Below, piece by piece: positions 1 through 11,127 of a DNA stretch of 22,301 bases. The DNA comes from Prasinococcaceae sp. CCMP 1430 (lineage: Eukaryota; Plantae; Prasinodermophyta). The notes below the pieces were generated by a model, which saw only the letters and a program-made list of their open reading frames with translations, searched no databases and had not been told where the DNA came from. The stretch's first letter is position 1, and each line of letters starts with the position of its first letter. Location of the stretch: assembly GCA_013416795.1 (NCBI GenBank), contig RQSC01000002.1:34547-56847 (forward strand), written 5' to 3'. A program made the translations under genes and the position numbers.

Positions 1-655
1 GCGCGCGCGCCCGCGCGCGCGCGCGCGACGCCGCACCCGCCGCGCGAAACCTCAACCTCCCCTTTCACAAACTTCATCAACATGCATTACCACTTGCTTA
101 CTTATAAACCCTTAAGATGTTAACCCTTATTATCCAGCGCGCGCGCATCGCGGCGCGCGCGCGCGTCGCGGGCCGCCGCCCCCACCCAACCCAAACCTCA
201 AACCATACGCAAACGCATATCAAATTACATCTGTCTGTAAGCTGAAGTTATACCCTTATTTGCAGTGACCCCAAACATATTCGCGCGCGGTGCCGCGATT
301 GTGCCCCGATCCGGGGCGGGCGCCGCGCGCCGACGCCGCGAAACGTACGTTTTTTCGTAGGTATAAATACATGTAAATATAGCGGAAGGACGCGCGAAAT
401 GCTGTGCCGGCGGCCGCCGGCGCCGGCCCGCGCGGATGGGACCGCGCGCGGATAAGACGCGAAATTCGCACACCGTAAACTGAGTTATTCCGGGTTAAAT
501 GCATGTGAAAGAGGGTGTAAAAAACGGAATAAATGCGTTTAAGTTTGCAAGGTTTTTTGGGATCGCGCGTGCGGCGCGCGCGCACTCCTGTGTGCGCGGC
601 GGTGCGCTGCGACGCCACACACCGCCCTCCACGCACCCTTCCCCCCCTCGCAGCC

Positions 656-910
656 ATGGCGCTCGCCGTCGCCTCGCAGATCGCCGCGCGCCCCGCCGCC
701 GCAGCCGTCGTCGCCGCCATCGCGCTCGTCGCCATCGCCGCGCGCGGCCTCTCCGCCTCGCCCCCACCCCACCCCCTCGGACCGCCCCGTGCGCTCTGTG
801 TCGCCCTCCCTGGCGAGCGCACACCTCATCCACTCGTTCCCGCAGCGCGGCCGAACGCGCGCTCCGCCCCAGGTCAAAACGCAGGCGTCACATCCCCGCA
901 TTCGAACTGA
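656..910 (+). CDS. possible short ORF or first exon with an Ala-rich hydrophobic N-terminus (transit/signal-peptide-like)
   Basis: The ATG at 656 is in good context (gccATGg), directly after a pyrimidine-rich ...cgcag. It translates as MALAVASQIAARPAAAAVVAAIALVAIAARG.... No homology recognised. Confidence 0.25.
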   Translation: MALAVASQIAARPAAAAVVAAIALVAIAARGLSASPPPHPLGPPRALCVALPGERTPHPLVPAARPNARSAPGQNAGVTSPHSN

Positions 911-1056
911 TGGTACGAACTGAGTACCAATCCACACGTAGAACTACGTACGTACGTACTCGACGTACACAGGACTGCGATCACACCACTCGACATTCAA
1001 ATGTCAATGTATCGACCGCCACCCTCAAAACCTCATCGGTGTACCTTATCCATCGT

Positions 1057-1074
1057 AAAACCCTAACCCTAACC
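1057..1074 (+). promoter_or_regulatory. telo-box / interstitial telomere-like motif AAAACCCTAACCCTAACC
   Basis: It contains AAACCCTA and two CCCTAA units in an AT-rich island upstream of the formin. Confidence 0.5.
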
Positions 1075-1218
1075 TGTAATTCGCGGAAGCCTGAAAGCCG
1101 GCGGGTGCCGCTCCAAATTCGCGCGCGAGCGCCTCGCGCCTCGCGCCTCGCGCCTCGGCGGGGAGGTCCCTCGCTCGGGCCCCTCGCGCAGGTGCGCGCG
1201 TCGAGCGCGTGCAGGTAG

Positions 1219-1936
1219 CCGCGCGGCTCGGGCACTCCTCCCCCGCCGCCCGGCCCCCGGCGCGCCGCGCCGCGGCGGAACCTGCGCTCGCTGTTCTGGG
1301 GCAAGCTCCCCGACGGCAGGGTGGCCGGCACGGTCTGGGAGGACGTCGCGGCGCTGGGCGTGTCGCTGGACGCCGACCAGCGGCGCGACCTGGAGCACAG
1401 CTTCGCCAATCCGACGTCGCGCAGCGTCGTGGGGGCGAGAAAATCGGGCGGCGCCGCGGGCGGCGGCGGCGGCGGCGGTGCGCGCCTGCTGGTGCCGACG
1501 CAGCGCGCCAACAACGTGGCCATCCTGCTCGCGCACTTCAAGTGGACGGCCGCGCAGCTGGCGGCCATGGTCGGCGCGTGCGACGGCGACGAGCTCAGCG
1601 TCGAGCAGTGCACGCTGCTGATGCAGGTGATGCCCACGGACGAGGAGACCAAGCTCTTCCGCGCGCGGCAGGCGCGCCTGGAGGCGCCCGGCGGCGCCGA
1701 GCGCGAGCGCGCGCTGTCGCCCCCCGAGGCCTTCCTCGCGGCGATGGCGCTGCTCTCGCGGCCGCGGCGCAAGCTGCGCTGCACGCTCTTCACCAAGCAG
1801 TACCGCGCCGCCGCGGAGGAGCTGCTGCAGGCCATCGGCGTGGTGCGCGAGGCGTGCGCGCAGCTGCGCTCGAGCCGCGCGCTGCGCGCGGCGCTCGGCG
1901 CGGCGCTGGCGGCGGGCAACGCCGTCAACGAGGGCA
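1219..1936 (+). CDS. formin FH2 domain, N-terminal half, preceded by a short poly-Pro stretch; out of canonical order
   Basis: Frame 1 reads PPPPPG..NLRSLFWGKLP..AGTVWED (lasso Trp pair), RANNVAILLAHF (conserved Ile), MPTDEE, PPEAFL and ALAAGNAVNEG (GNxMN-like). There is no in-frame ATG between the stop at 1216-1218 and the lasso, and similarity ends at GNAVNEG. Confidence 0.85.
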
Positions 1937-1999
1937 TCGCTCGCGGCCGGCGACGGCGGAGACGCTCGCAACTCGGCCGCCTCACCCGCCGCCGCGCAG

Positions 2000-3631
2000 G
2001 CGCGGCCCGTGTACGTGACGGACCGCATCATGGTGCTGCCGCTGGGCAGCGCCCAGACGTCGGCGACCGCGGACGCCTGCCTGCGGCGCGCGGCCGCCGA
2101 GTGCGAGGCGCGCTACGGCGCGGCGAGCGCCATGCTGGTGACCGTGGGGCCCTCGCGCAGCCTCAGCGTGCAGGCGTACGCCTCCTTCCTGTCCAACGTG
2201 ATCGACCTGCAGGCCGACTGGGAGCGGCCGCTGGGCGCGGGCGTGTGCGGCCTCGACAAGGTGTTCGAGGCGTGCGCCTCGGTGTCCAACTGGCTGGCGC
2301 TGGACGAGGACCACGTGGTGCTGCTGCACGCGCGCGCCAGGGACGCGCGCCACGCGGGGCCCGAGGCGGCGAGGCGCTTCCTGGACTTTTTGGTGGCGTG
2401 CTTCCTCACCTTCACCGACGAGCGCTCCACGTGGGACGAGGCCTTCGCCGAGGCGGTCGCGCGCGCGGACGACGCCTTCGTGGGGGCGGGCGGACCGGGC
2501 GAGGGCGGCCCGTGGGGCGGCGCCGTGCGGCGGCTGTCCTTCGGGTACGGCGGGTCGCCCGCGGGGCACCGCGCCGCCAGCTGCGCGCAGCGGCGCTACG
2601 GCAAGTACCTCGGCGACGTGCTGGGCGGCCGCGGGTCGCCCGCCGGAGGAGGGGGCGGGGGGCTGCGCGCGCCCGGCGCGCTCACGCTGCGGCTGCGGCG
2701 CGTGGTGCTCTCCTGCCCGCCCGAGCTGGAGACGCGCGCCATCACGCCGGTGGTCCTGCTGCACTGCTCCGGCAACCTGCGCGAGGGCCCGCTCGCGCGG
2801 CGCGTGGGCGCCGCGTTCGCGCCCCCTCGCGGCGAGGCGGGCGCGGCGGAGATGGTGGCCTTCGACGTGGACGCGCTGGTCAGCGGCGACTGCTCGATCA
2901 TCGTCTGCGACGGCGCCGCCGACGAGGCCGGCACGTTCGAGAGCGTGGCGGCGCCCTCGCAGATGCGCCGCGCGCGCGGCCGGCGGCGGGGGGCGGGCGG
3001 CGGGTCGCCGGGCGACGGCGCCGACGGCGGCTACGGCGCCGACTGCGACTCGGACGCCTCGTCCGGCGCCCCGACGCAGGTGGTCAACTCGGACGTGGAG
3101 CTCGTCAGCTTCTGCTTCCACACCGCCTTCGTGCCCGTGGACGGCGTCGTGCGCGCCACGGCGGGGCAGCTCGACACCAGCCCGCTGGTGGGCGCGCTGC
3201 CCAGCGGCTTCTTCGTCGACGTCACCTTCGAGGGCGCGGGCGCCCCCTGCGTGGACGAGCTGGCGTCGGCGCCGGGCGAGGTGGCGGGCTGGAAGAGCGT
3301 GCGCATGCTGTACGGCGGCGGGGGGATGTGGGAGGACGACCCGGAGGTGGCGCCCGATCCGGTCATGTTCGAGATGCGCGCGCGGCAGCTGGACGAGCAG
3401 CCGCTGCCGGCGGGCAGCGTGGTCATTCCGCCGCCCGCCAAGCCCGTGTCGGCGCTGCCCACGGCGGCCGCGACCAAGGGCTTTTGCGCCCCGCCCGGCC
3501 CCGGCCAGGCCGCGCAGGGCGAAGTGAGTTCGCCTGGCGCGCCTTGTCACCCTCCTCTTCCGGCGCCGCCGCCGCCTCCCCCGCCGCCCCCCCCGCCCCC
3601 CCCGCCGCCGCGCGGCACCAGCGGCGGCCCG
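2000..3631 (+). CDS. class II (plant-type) formin: PTEN-like pseudophosphatase, C2 domain and FH1 poly-proline; runs into an assembly gap
   Basis: A ctcac...gcgcag acceptor ends at 1999. The exon contains VYVTDRIMV, CASVSNWLALDEDHVVLLH (P-loop position, no Cys), QRRYGKYL, the C2 motifs LVSGDCSI, FCFHTAFV, QLD and PSGFFVDVTF, and a long Pro run at about 3550-3610. Confidence 0.85.
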
Positions 3632-4310
3632 NNNNNNNNNNNNNNNNNNNNNNNNNNNNNNNNNNNNNNNNNNNNNNNNNNNNNNNNNNNNNNNNNNNNN
3701 NNNNNNNNNNNNNNNNNNNNNNNNNNNNNNNNNNNNNNNNNNNNNNNNNNNNNNNNNNNNNNNNNNNNNNNNNNNNNNNNNNNNNNNNNNNNNNNNNNNN
3801 NNNNNNNNNNNNNNNNNNNNNNNNNNNNNNNNNNNNNNNNNNNNNNNNNNNNNNNNNNNNNNNNNNNNNNNNNNNNNNNNNNNNNNNNNNNNNNNNNNNN
3901 NNNNNNNNNNNNNNNNNNNNNNNNNNNNNNNNNNNNNNNNNNNNNNNNNNNNNNNNNNNNNNNNNNNNNNNNNNNNNNNNNNNNNNNNNNNNNNNNNNNN
4001 NNNNNNNNNNNNNNNNNNNNNNNNNNNNNNNNNNNNNNNNNNNNNNNNNNNNNNNNNNNNNNNNNNNNNNNNNNNNNNNNNNNNNNNNNNNNNNNNNNNN
4101 NNNNNNNNNNNNNNNNNNNNNNNNNNNNNNNNNNNNNNNNNNNNNNNNNNNNNNNNNNNNNNNNNNNNNNNNNNNNNNNNNNNNNNNNNNNNNNNNNNNN
4201 NNNNNNNNNNNNNNNNNNNNNNNNNNNNNNNNNNNNNNNNNNNNNNNNNNNNNNNNNNNNNNNNNNNNNNNNNNNNNNNNNNNNNNNNNNNNNNNNNNNN
4301 NNNNNNNNNN

Positions 4311-4433
4311 CGCGCCGAGGCGGCCGCCGCGGCGGCGGCGCCCGAGCTCTTCGCCGGCGTGTGGCGCCTGGCGGTCGCCTTCGACGCCGCGACCGAGGAG
4401 GTGATGGCTGGCGCGGACGACGGCGGTGAATGA
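4311..4433 (+). CDS. probable formin C-terminus (last FH2 helix)
   Basis: The frame starting at 4311 gives RAEAAAAAAAPELFAGVWRLAVAFDAATEEVMAGADDGGE*, resembling the terminal FH2 helix (E-x-F-x-x-h-x-x-F-x-x-x-F-x-x-A-x-x-E). The TGA is at 4431-4433. Confidence 0.55.
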   Translation, partial: RAEAAAAAAAPELFAGVWRLAVAFDAATEEVMAGADDGGE

Positions 4434-6388
4434 GGAGGAGGAGGGGTGCTAGCTCTAGCTAGGTAGCCGGGGCGAGCGGTGCGATAGGCAGGTGCCGCGC
4501 TGCAGTGGACGGACTCGCAGTTCGCCGTCCGCGGGAACAGGCGCGGGGGCGCGAAATGCCGCCACGCCGCCCTCCGTCTGCCGCCTGGTGGTGCCGTCTC
4601 CGCCCCCTCCCCCTCCTGCCTGCCACGCTGCTGCGGCTGCTACTGCGTCCCCTCTCCTTCGCCTATGCACGCGTGCTCGTGCTCGCGGTCGCGCGCGCAC
4701 TTGGTTCGCCGCGCCGCCGCGCGTCCCTTGGCACACACAGACAGCAGGCGCACTCGTCGCCGCCGAGAGCGCAGGGGAACGCCCGCTCCTCCCGCCGCCG
4801 CGCACGCCGGTCCCCGAACGTGCCCCTTCGGCCGCGGCCCCTGGGCCGCCCGGCCCGCTGCCGCAGGAGCGGACGCTCGGCNNNNNNNNNNNNNNNNNNN
4901 NNNNNNNNNNNNNNNNNNNNNNNNNNNNNNNNNNNNNNNNNNNNNNNNNNNNNNNNNNNNNNNNNNNNNNNNNNNNNNNNNNNNNNNNNNNNNNNNNNNN
5001 NNNNNNNNNNNNNNNNNNNNNNNNNNNNNNNNNNNNNNNNNNNNNNNNNNNNNNNNNNNNNNNNNNNNNNNNNNNNNNNNNNNNNNNNNNNNNNNNNNNN
5101 NNNNNNNNNNNNNNNNNNNNNNNNNNNNNNNNNNNNNNNNNNNNNNNNNNNNNNNNNNNNNNNNNNNNNNNNNNNNNNNNNNNNNNNNNNNNNNNNNNNN
5201 NNNNNNNNNNNNNNNNNNNNNNNNNNNNNNNNNNNNNNNNNNNNNNNNNNNNNNNNNNNNNNNNNNNNNNNNNNNNNNNNNNNNNNNNNNNNNNNNNNNN
5301 NNNNNNNNNNNNNNNNNNNNNNNNNNNNNNNNNNNNNNNNNNNNNNNNNNNNNNNNNNNNNNNNNNNNNNNNNNNNNNNNNNNNNNNNNNNNNNNNNNNN
5401 NNNNNNNNNNNNNNNNNNNNNNNNNNNNNNNNNNNNNNNNNNNNNNNNNNNNNNNNNNNNNNNNNNNNNNNNNNNNNNNNNNNNNNNNNNNNNNNNNNNN
5501 NNNNNNNNNNNNNNNNNNNNNNNNNNNNNNNNNNNNNNNNNNNNNNNNNNNNNNNNNNNNNNNNNNNNNNNNNNNNNNNNNNNNNNNNNNNNNNNNNNNN
5601 NNNNNNNNNNNNNNNNNNNNNNNNNNNNNNNNNNNNNNNNNNNNNNNNNNNNNNNNNNNNNNNNNNNNNNNNNNNNNNNNNNNNNNNNNNNNNNNNNNNN
5701 NNNNNNNNNNNNNNNNNNNGCGGGAGGACATCGGCTGCGGGTTGCGCGCGCGGGCGGACGGGCCCGCGGGTGCGCGCCTCGCACGGCCGTTCCTCGGCGC
5801 TTCCGAGCCAGCGCGCGCGGCGCATGCGAGTGCGATCGCCCCTGCGCTGCCGGGATGTATCGTGCGCGCTGCGGCGGCCGCTGCCGTCGATCGGCCTCGC
5901 GAATGTCGTGGCCGGCGACGGCGCATCCGCGCGAGCGCTCATGAGTGCCTGCGCCCGCGCTCGCGCCCTCTCGGTCCGCTTTCGCATCTTCGCCCGCGCT
6001 TCCGGCGCACGAGCCCGTCACGCGCTCGCCCGCACCTCTGCGGCGACGCCGTGTGTCGCTCTCGCCGTGCGCTCGCGAGAGCCGGCGCAAATCCCAGCGT
6101 GCTTGGACACGCGCATGGGCGAGGGCGCGGTCGAGCTCGCTATCGCACTCGCACGTGCGCCCGTTCGCGCGCTCGCGCGCATGCACGCGCGGCTCAATCG
6201 CTTGCATGCGCGCCGGCCCCGCGGGGTACCAATCGGCGTCGTCTGCCGCTCATGCTAGAACCGTGGCGCTGACCAGAAGGACGCCTCGACGCGTTATGAC
6301 GCGAACGCACGCGTGCCCCCTCCCCTCGCCTCGCGCTGCACCGCACGCGCGCCGTCCTCCCTCCCACCACCCTTCCCCACACCCGCAG

Positions 6389-6562
6389 GCCCCCGCCGCC
6401 GCCGCCGCGCTGACGCTTGCCACGGCCCTGCCCGCGCACGCCTCGTCGTCGGCGTCGCTGGACAACTTTATCGGCTCGCTCGTCGCCGGTGGCCTGCTCT
6501 TCGCCGCCATCGCCGGCGCGGTGGTCTTCGTGTCCACCTTCGACCCCACCTCGCGCCGCTAA
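6389..6562 (+). CDS. psbX: photosystem II subunit X precursor, last exon; upstream exon(s) not identified, probably in the gap
   Basis: An acceptor acccgcag ends at 6388. The exon encodes a hydrophobic lumenal signal ending in AHA (AxA site), then SASLDNFIGSLVAGGLLFAAIAGAVVFVSTFDPTSRR, matching the PsbX pattern SLxNF..S...GG......VSxFDP. Confidence 0.9.
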   Translation, partial: APAAAAALTLATALPAHASSSASLDNFIGSLVAGGLLFAAIAGAVVFVSTFDPTSRR

Positions 6563-6623
6563 AGTGGGACGCCCCTGAGAGCGGGCCGCGTGCCCTCGTG
6601 GCGCGCGCGCGCGTGCGCAGGGA

Positions 6624-6628
6624 TGTAA
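6624..6628 (+). terminator. candidate TGTAA polyadenylation signal for psbX
   Basis: TGTAA, the chlorophyte-type poly(A) signal, lies about 60 nt after the psbX stop. Confidence 0.35.
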
Positions 6629-7349
6629 CAACGACGCGTAAGATGGTGCACGCGGATGCGCACGCGCGACGCACGCGCGCGTAGGTCCTCGCTCCGACGC
6701 TCGCGCACGCGCGCTCACTCGCTCGGTCTCGTCCTCTGTCCCTCCCGCGAGCGCGCGGCACGCGCGAGTGCGTGAGAGAGAGGGCAAGCATGCGCCGGTC
6801 GCGATCGCGACCGCTCCCGCATCGCAGCGCGCTCGTCTGCGCACGGTGCCCGACCGCGCGCGCCAACGAGTGCGCAAGCGCCGACGCCGATGTTGGGTGC
6901 GTGCCCGTGGTTCGCGCTCGTGCTTCTCGCGCACACGCACACACTCGCGAACGCGAACGCGCACGCAGCCGCCGCCCGCACGCCGCGGCCAGGAGCGAAC
7001 CAGGCACCCGCGCAGTGATCAGACACGCGCATGTACGCCGTCGCGCTGCACTGCGAGGAGCCACGGGCGCGCAGCCGCACGGCTTCGAGCCCGCCGCCTG
7101 GCGCCGCTCCCGGCGCCGCTCTCGGCCCCCCCCCCAGCGCGCGCCCGCATTCACGCGTGGTATCGCGGAACCCGCGCGAGGCCGGCGCCACCCAAACAAT
7201 CCACGGTTGAGACTCCAATATTCACCAAAGCGCGTAATGTAAACTTCAATTCAGCACACTTCAATATCAATGCAATTAAAAAGGGAAAGTCGCGAGGCAG
7301 GGCAGGCACGGGCTCGGGAGTAGGGCAACGAGCGGCGGCTGGCAGAGAG

Positions 7350-7353
<4 letters not shown>

Positions 7354-7392
<39 letters not shown>

Positions 7393-7476
7393 GTGTGTGT
7401 GTGTGCGTGTGTGTTCGTGCGTGTGTGCGTGTGTGTGTGTGTGTGTGTGTGCGTGCGCGCGCGTGTGTGTGTGTGC
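7354..7476. repeat. (TG)n microsatellite upstream of RPB8
   Basis: Directly visible dinucleotide run, preceded by a short (AG)n. Confidence 0.95.
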
Positions 7477-7533
7477 GCGCCCGCGGCAGAGCGCGTGCGC
7501 TGTGCGGCGCGCCCGCGCGCGCCGGCCGCCGCG

Positions 7534-7815
7534 ATGGCGCTGCTGCTCGAGGACATCTTCGAGGTGGAGGAGCTCAACCCCGGGGGGAAGCGCTTCGACA
7601 AGGGTGCGTGTGGCGTGCGCGCGGGGGGGGCGTGTGTGTGCGTGTGTGTGTGTGTGTGTCCGCGTGCGTGTGTGTGTGTGTGTGTGTGTGTGCGTGTGCG
7701 CGGGCCCTTTGATGTGTGTACGCGCGTCCCACGCACGGGTCCGCAGCGACGGTCGCACGTAGCACGAGCGCTCGCACACGGCTGCGTCAACACACACTCG
7801 CGCTCACACACACAC

Positions 7816-7879
<64 letters not shown>

Positions 7880-8283
7880 CACACAACACACACACACACA
7901 CACACTACACACACTACACACACACACGCACACCTGCCTCGCCTTTCGCCTCCGCAGTGGACCGCGTCCGTTGCCGCTCCCAGCAGCAGGAGCTCGAGCT
8001 CCAGCTGGACGTCAACTGCGAGATCTACCCGCTGCCGGAGGGCGCCGCGTTCTCGCTGGCGCTCGCGCCCACGCTGAGCCCCGACGGCGCGCCCGACGGC
8101 GACACCTTCGACCAGAGCGGCGCGAAGAGCCTCGCCGACGGGTACGAGTACGTCATGCACGGCATGGTCTTCAAGATCGAGGAAGGTGAGGGGAGGGGCG
8201 ACGGGCCGGGCGTGCGCGCGTTTGAGCGCGCACGTACGCGCGTGTGTGTGCGTGCGTGTCTGTGTGTGTGTGTGTATGTGTGT

Positions 8284-8333
<50 letters not shown>

Positions 8334-8649
8334 GCGTTTGTGTCTGTGTGCGCGTGTGCGTGTGTTTGCGCGCACGCGCGTGTGTGTGTGTGCGTGTTTG
8401 CGCACGCATCAGCACACGCGCTCGCGCGGACACTGACAAGTGCGCACGCACATGTACACACACGCACGCGCGCGCACGCACACGCACACGCACGCGCGCA
8501 CTCACACGCGCGCAGTGAGCGGCTCCGCGGGCAAGGTGTCGGTGACGGCGTCCTTCGGCGGGCTCCTCATGCTCCTCAGCGGCGACAAGCGCTCGCTGGG
8601 CGAGCTCGCGCTCGACCAGAAGGTCTACCTGCTCGTCAGGAAGGTCTGA
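7534..8649 (+). CDS. RPB8: RNA polymerase I/II/III shared subunit RPABC3 (RPB8); exons 7534-7603, 7958-8185, 8516-8649
   Basis: The spliced product is [69 protein letters not shown] introns at 7604-7957 and 8186-8515 are both phase 1 and restore the frame. Confidence 0.96.
7805..7932. repeat. (CA)n microsatellite at the 3' part of RPB8 intron 1, complementary to (TG)n at about 7632-7700
   Basis: Directly visible. Confidence 0.95.
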
Positions 8650-8951
8650 GCGACGCGAAGTAAAGCACGGAAAAAACTCGCGCGTACGCACGCGGGGGGC
8701 ACGCGCGCGAATGCCGAGCTCGCGCGCGGAGGTGAGCGAGCTAGGGACAGGTCTAAAGGTACACACGCACGCACACACACACGCACACACACACGCACTG
8801 TGAACACACACACTTACACACGCACACACACACACACACAAATACACGCGCGCACACACACACACGCACACGAACCAACGAGTCCGGCCCGCGCCCTGTG
8901 GTACAACAAATTACTCGTGTCATCGTCCCCCAAAAAGCAACACCCCTCTCC

Positions 8952-9354
8952 CTACTTCTCCACGCCGCGGTACTTGAGCTCCTTCTTGTCGAGCGACTTG
9001 ACCTTGACGGCGGAGACCAGCGTGAGCAGGCCGAAGACGCAGCCCGCCGCGAAGGCCGCCTGCTGGTAGAGCGCCTCGGCGGCGGCCGTCTTGAGCGCCA
9101 CCCACACGTTCACCAGGCTGGCGGCGAGCATCGCCTTGACCTGCAGGTCCTGCATGGCCGCCACGCGCACGAAGGCGCGCTCCGAGCCCACGTCGCGCAC
9201 GCGCAGCTTGAGGTCGCCCGCCTCCATCCTCGCGATGGTGTCGGCCATGACGGAGATCTGGTCGGGCGCGAACGCGTGTGCGCGCGCGTCAGCGTGCGCG
9301 TGCGCGCGAGTGTAACAACAGACGCAAACTCACACACACACACAAACTCTACCA

Positions 9355-9408
<54 letters not shown>

Positions 9409-11074
9409 CGCACACACAAACGAACAAGCGCACACACACACACACACGCACACCAACACAAACAAGCAAACGCACCTTGTCGGGCCCCTGGAAGAGGTTG
9501 ACGAAGGCCTCGTTCTGCCGCTGCCAGCGCTTGACGACGTCGCGCTTGAGCACCTCCCCGGCGGCGCCCTCCTTGCTCAGGCCCAGCAGGTCCTCCGCGT
9601 AGGGCCGCGCGATCTCCGAGATGTCGAAGCGCGGGTCGAGGCTCTTGCCCACGCCGTCGAGCACGCTGAAGGCGCGCACCACGAAGGTGAACTCGGCGGG
9701 GAAGCGGAAGGGCTGGTCGGCCGCCACGCTGAGCAGGTCCTCGCCGATGTTGCTCAGGATCTTCTTGCGCACCGCCGTCTTCTCGTCCTTGGTGCGCTGC
9801 TCCTTGTACCCCCGCTGTGTGCATGTGCGCGTGTGCGCGTGTGCGTGTGTGTGTGTGCGTGCACGCGCACGGGCGCGTCAGAGCCTTGCGCAGCACGCGC
9901 GCGCGGGAGCGCGGCGCGGCGCGCCGCAGGGGGAGGGCGCGCACGCACGTCGCGGAAGTCGCGGCCGTCGGCGTCGCGCTCGGTCTTCTGCTTCTTGAGC
10001 CTGTCGCGGAAGGAGCCCAGGAAGAAGCGCGCGGTGCGCGTGACGGCCATGCGGTCCTTGCCCGGCACGAGCACGCCCATGGTCTCGAGGCTGTTGACCA
10101 CGCGGTTGGGGTTGTCCTCGTACACGCCGTAGAAGCACTCGAGCAGGCCGCCGCGCACGCCGCCGGGGATGGAGCCGCACATGCCGAAGTCGTAGATGAC
10201 CAGCTTGCCGTCCTCGGCCACGCCGATGTTGCCCGGGTGGGGGTCGGCGTGGAAGAAGCCGAAGGTGAGGATCTGCTGCAGGTAGCTCTCGACGGCCTGG
10301 CGCGCGATGAGCTTGCGGTCGAGGCCCATCGCCTCGATGCGCTCCACGTTGGAGATCTTCACGGCGGGGCAGTACTCCATGGTGAGCACCTGCGAGTTGG
10401 TGTGGCTGCGGAAGATCTGGGGCACGCGCACGTAGTCGAGCCCCGCGTCGACGAAGTTCTTCCGGAAGCGCTCGGCGTTGCTCGCCTCGGTGTTGTAGTC
10501 GATCTCCTCGTAGAGCACGCGCGCCGTCTCGTCGTAGATGGCCACCCAGTCGCGCGCGGCGCCGTCCGTCTTGGGGTCGGTCTTGTTGAGCCACTTGGCG
10601 ATGGCGCGGATGTTCACCAGGTCGATGTCGAAGAGCTCCTTGAGGCCCGGGCGCTGCACCTTGACGATGACCGTCTGGCCGTTGAGCTTGGCGAGGTGCA
10701 CCTGGCCCAGCGACGCCGCGGCGAGCGGCTGCGTGTCGAACTCGTCGTACTTGTCGCCGATGGGCACGCCGAACTCGCTCTCGACGATGGACACCACCGT
10801 CTGCGAGTCGAAGGGCGGCACCTTGTCCTGCAGCTCGCTCAGCTGCTCGGTGAACTCCTTCTCCAGCACGTCCACGCGCGTGCTGAACTGCTGGCCGATC
10901 TTGATGAACGTGGGGCCCAGGCGCAGCAGGCCCTCCTTCAGCCACACCGCCAGCGCGCGGCGACGCTTGGCCTGGTTCTCGGGGGTCATGCCGCCCTCCT
11001 TCTTCGAGTACGTCCACTGTCGTGGGTGTGTGTGTTTGTGTAAGTGTGTGTGTGTGTGTGTGTTTGTGTAAGTG

Positions 11075-11127
<53 letters not shown>

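Noticed and set aside
1057-1074. Chromosome end / true telomere
   Set aside because: There are only about 2.5 CCCTAA units embedded in intergenic DNA.
1321-4404. 1027-aa ORF as a single protein
   Set aside because: Only the first approximately 205 aa are FH2-like. The rest is an off-frame shadow of the PTEN exon plus N-gap read-through.
4455-6272. Several 400-590-aa ORFs spanning the second gap
   Set aside because: They are mostly X residues from the N run, and the flanks have no recognisable protein features.
656-6562. ORF at 656 as the missing psbX transit-peptide exon with the formin nested in its intron
   Set aside because: There is no convincing donor, a promoter-like island intervenes, and the 838-nt gap just upstream of psbX is a simpler location for the missing exon.
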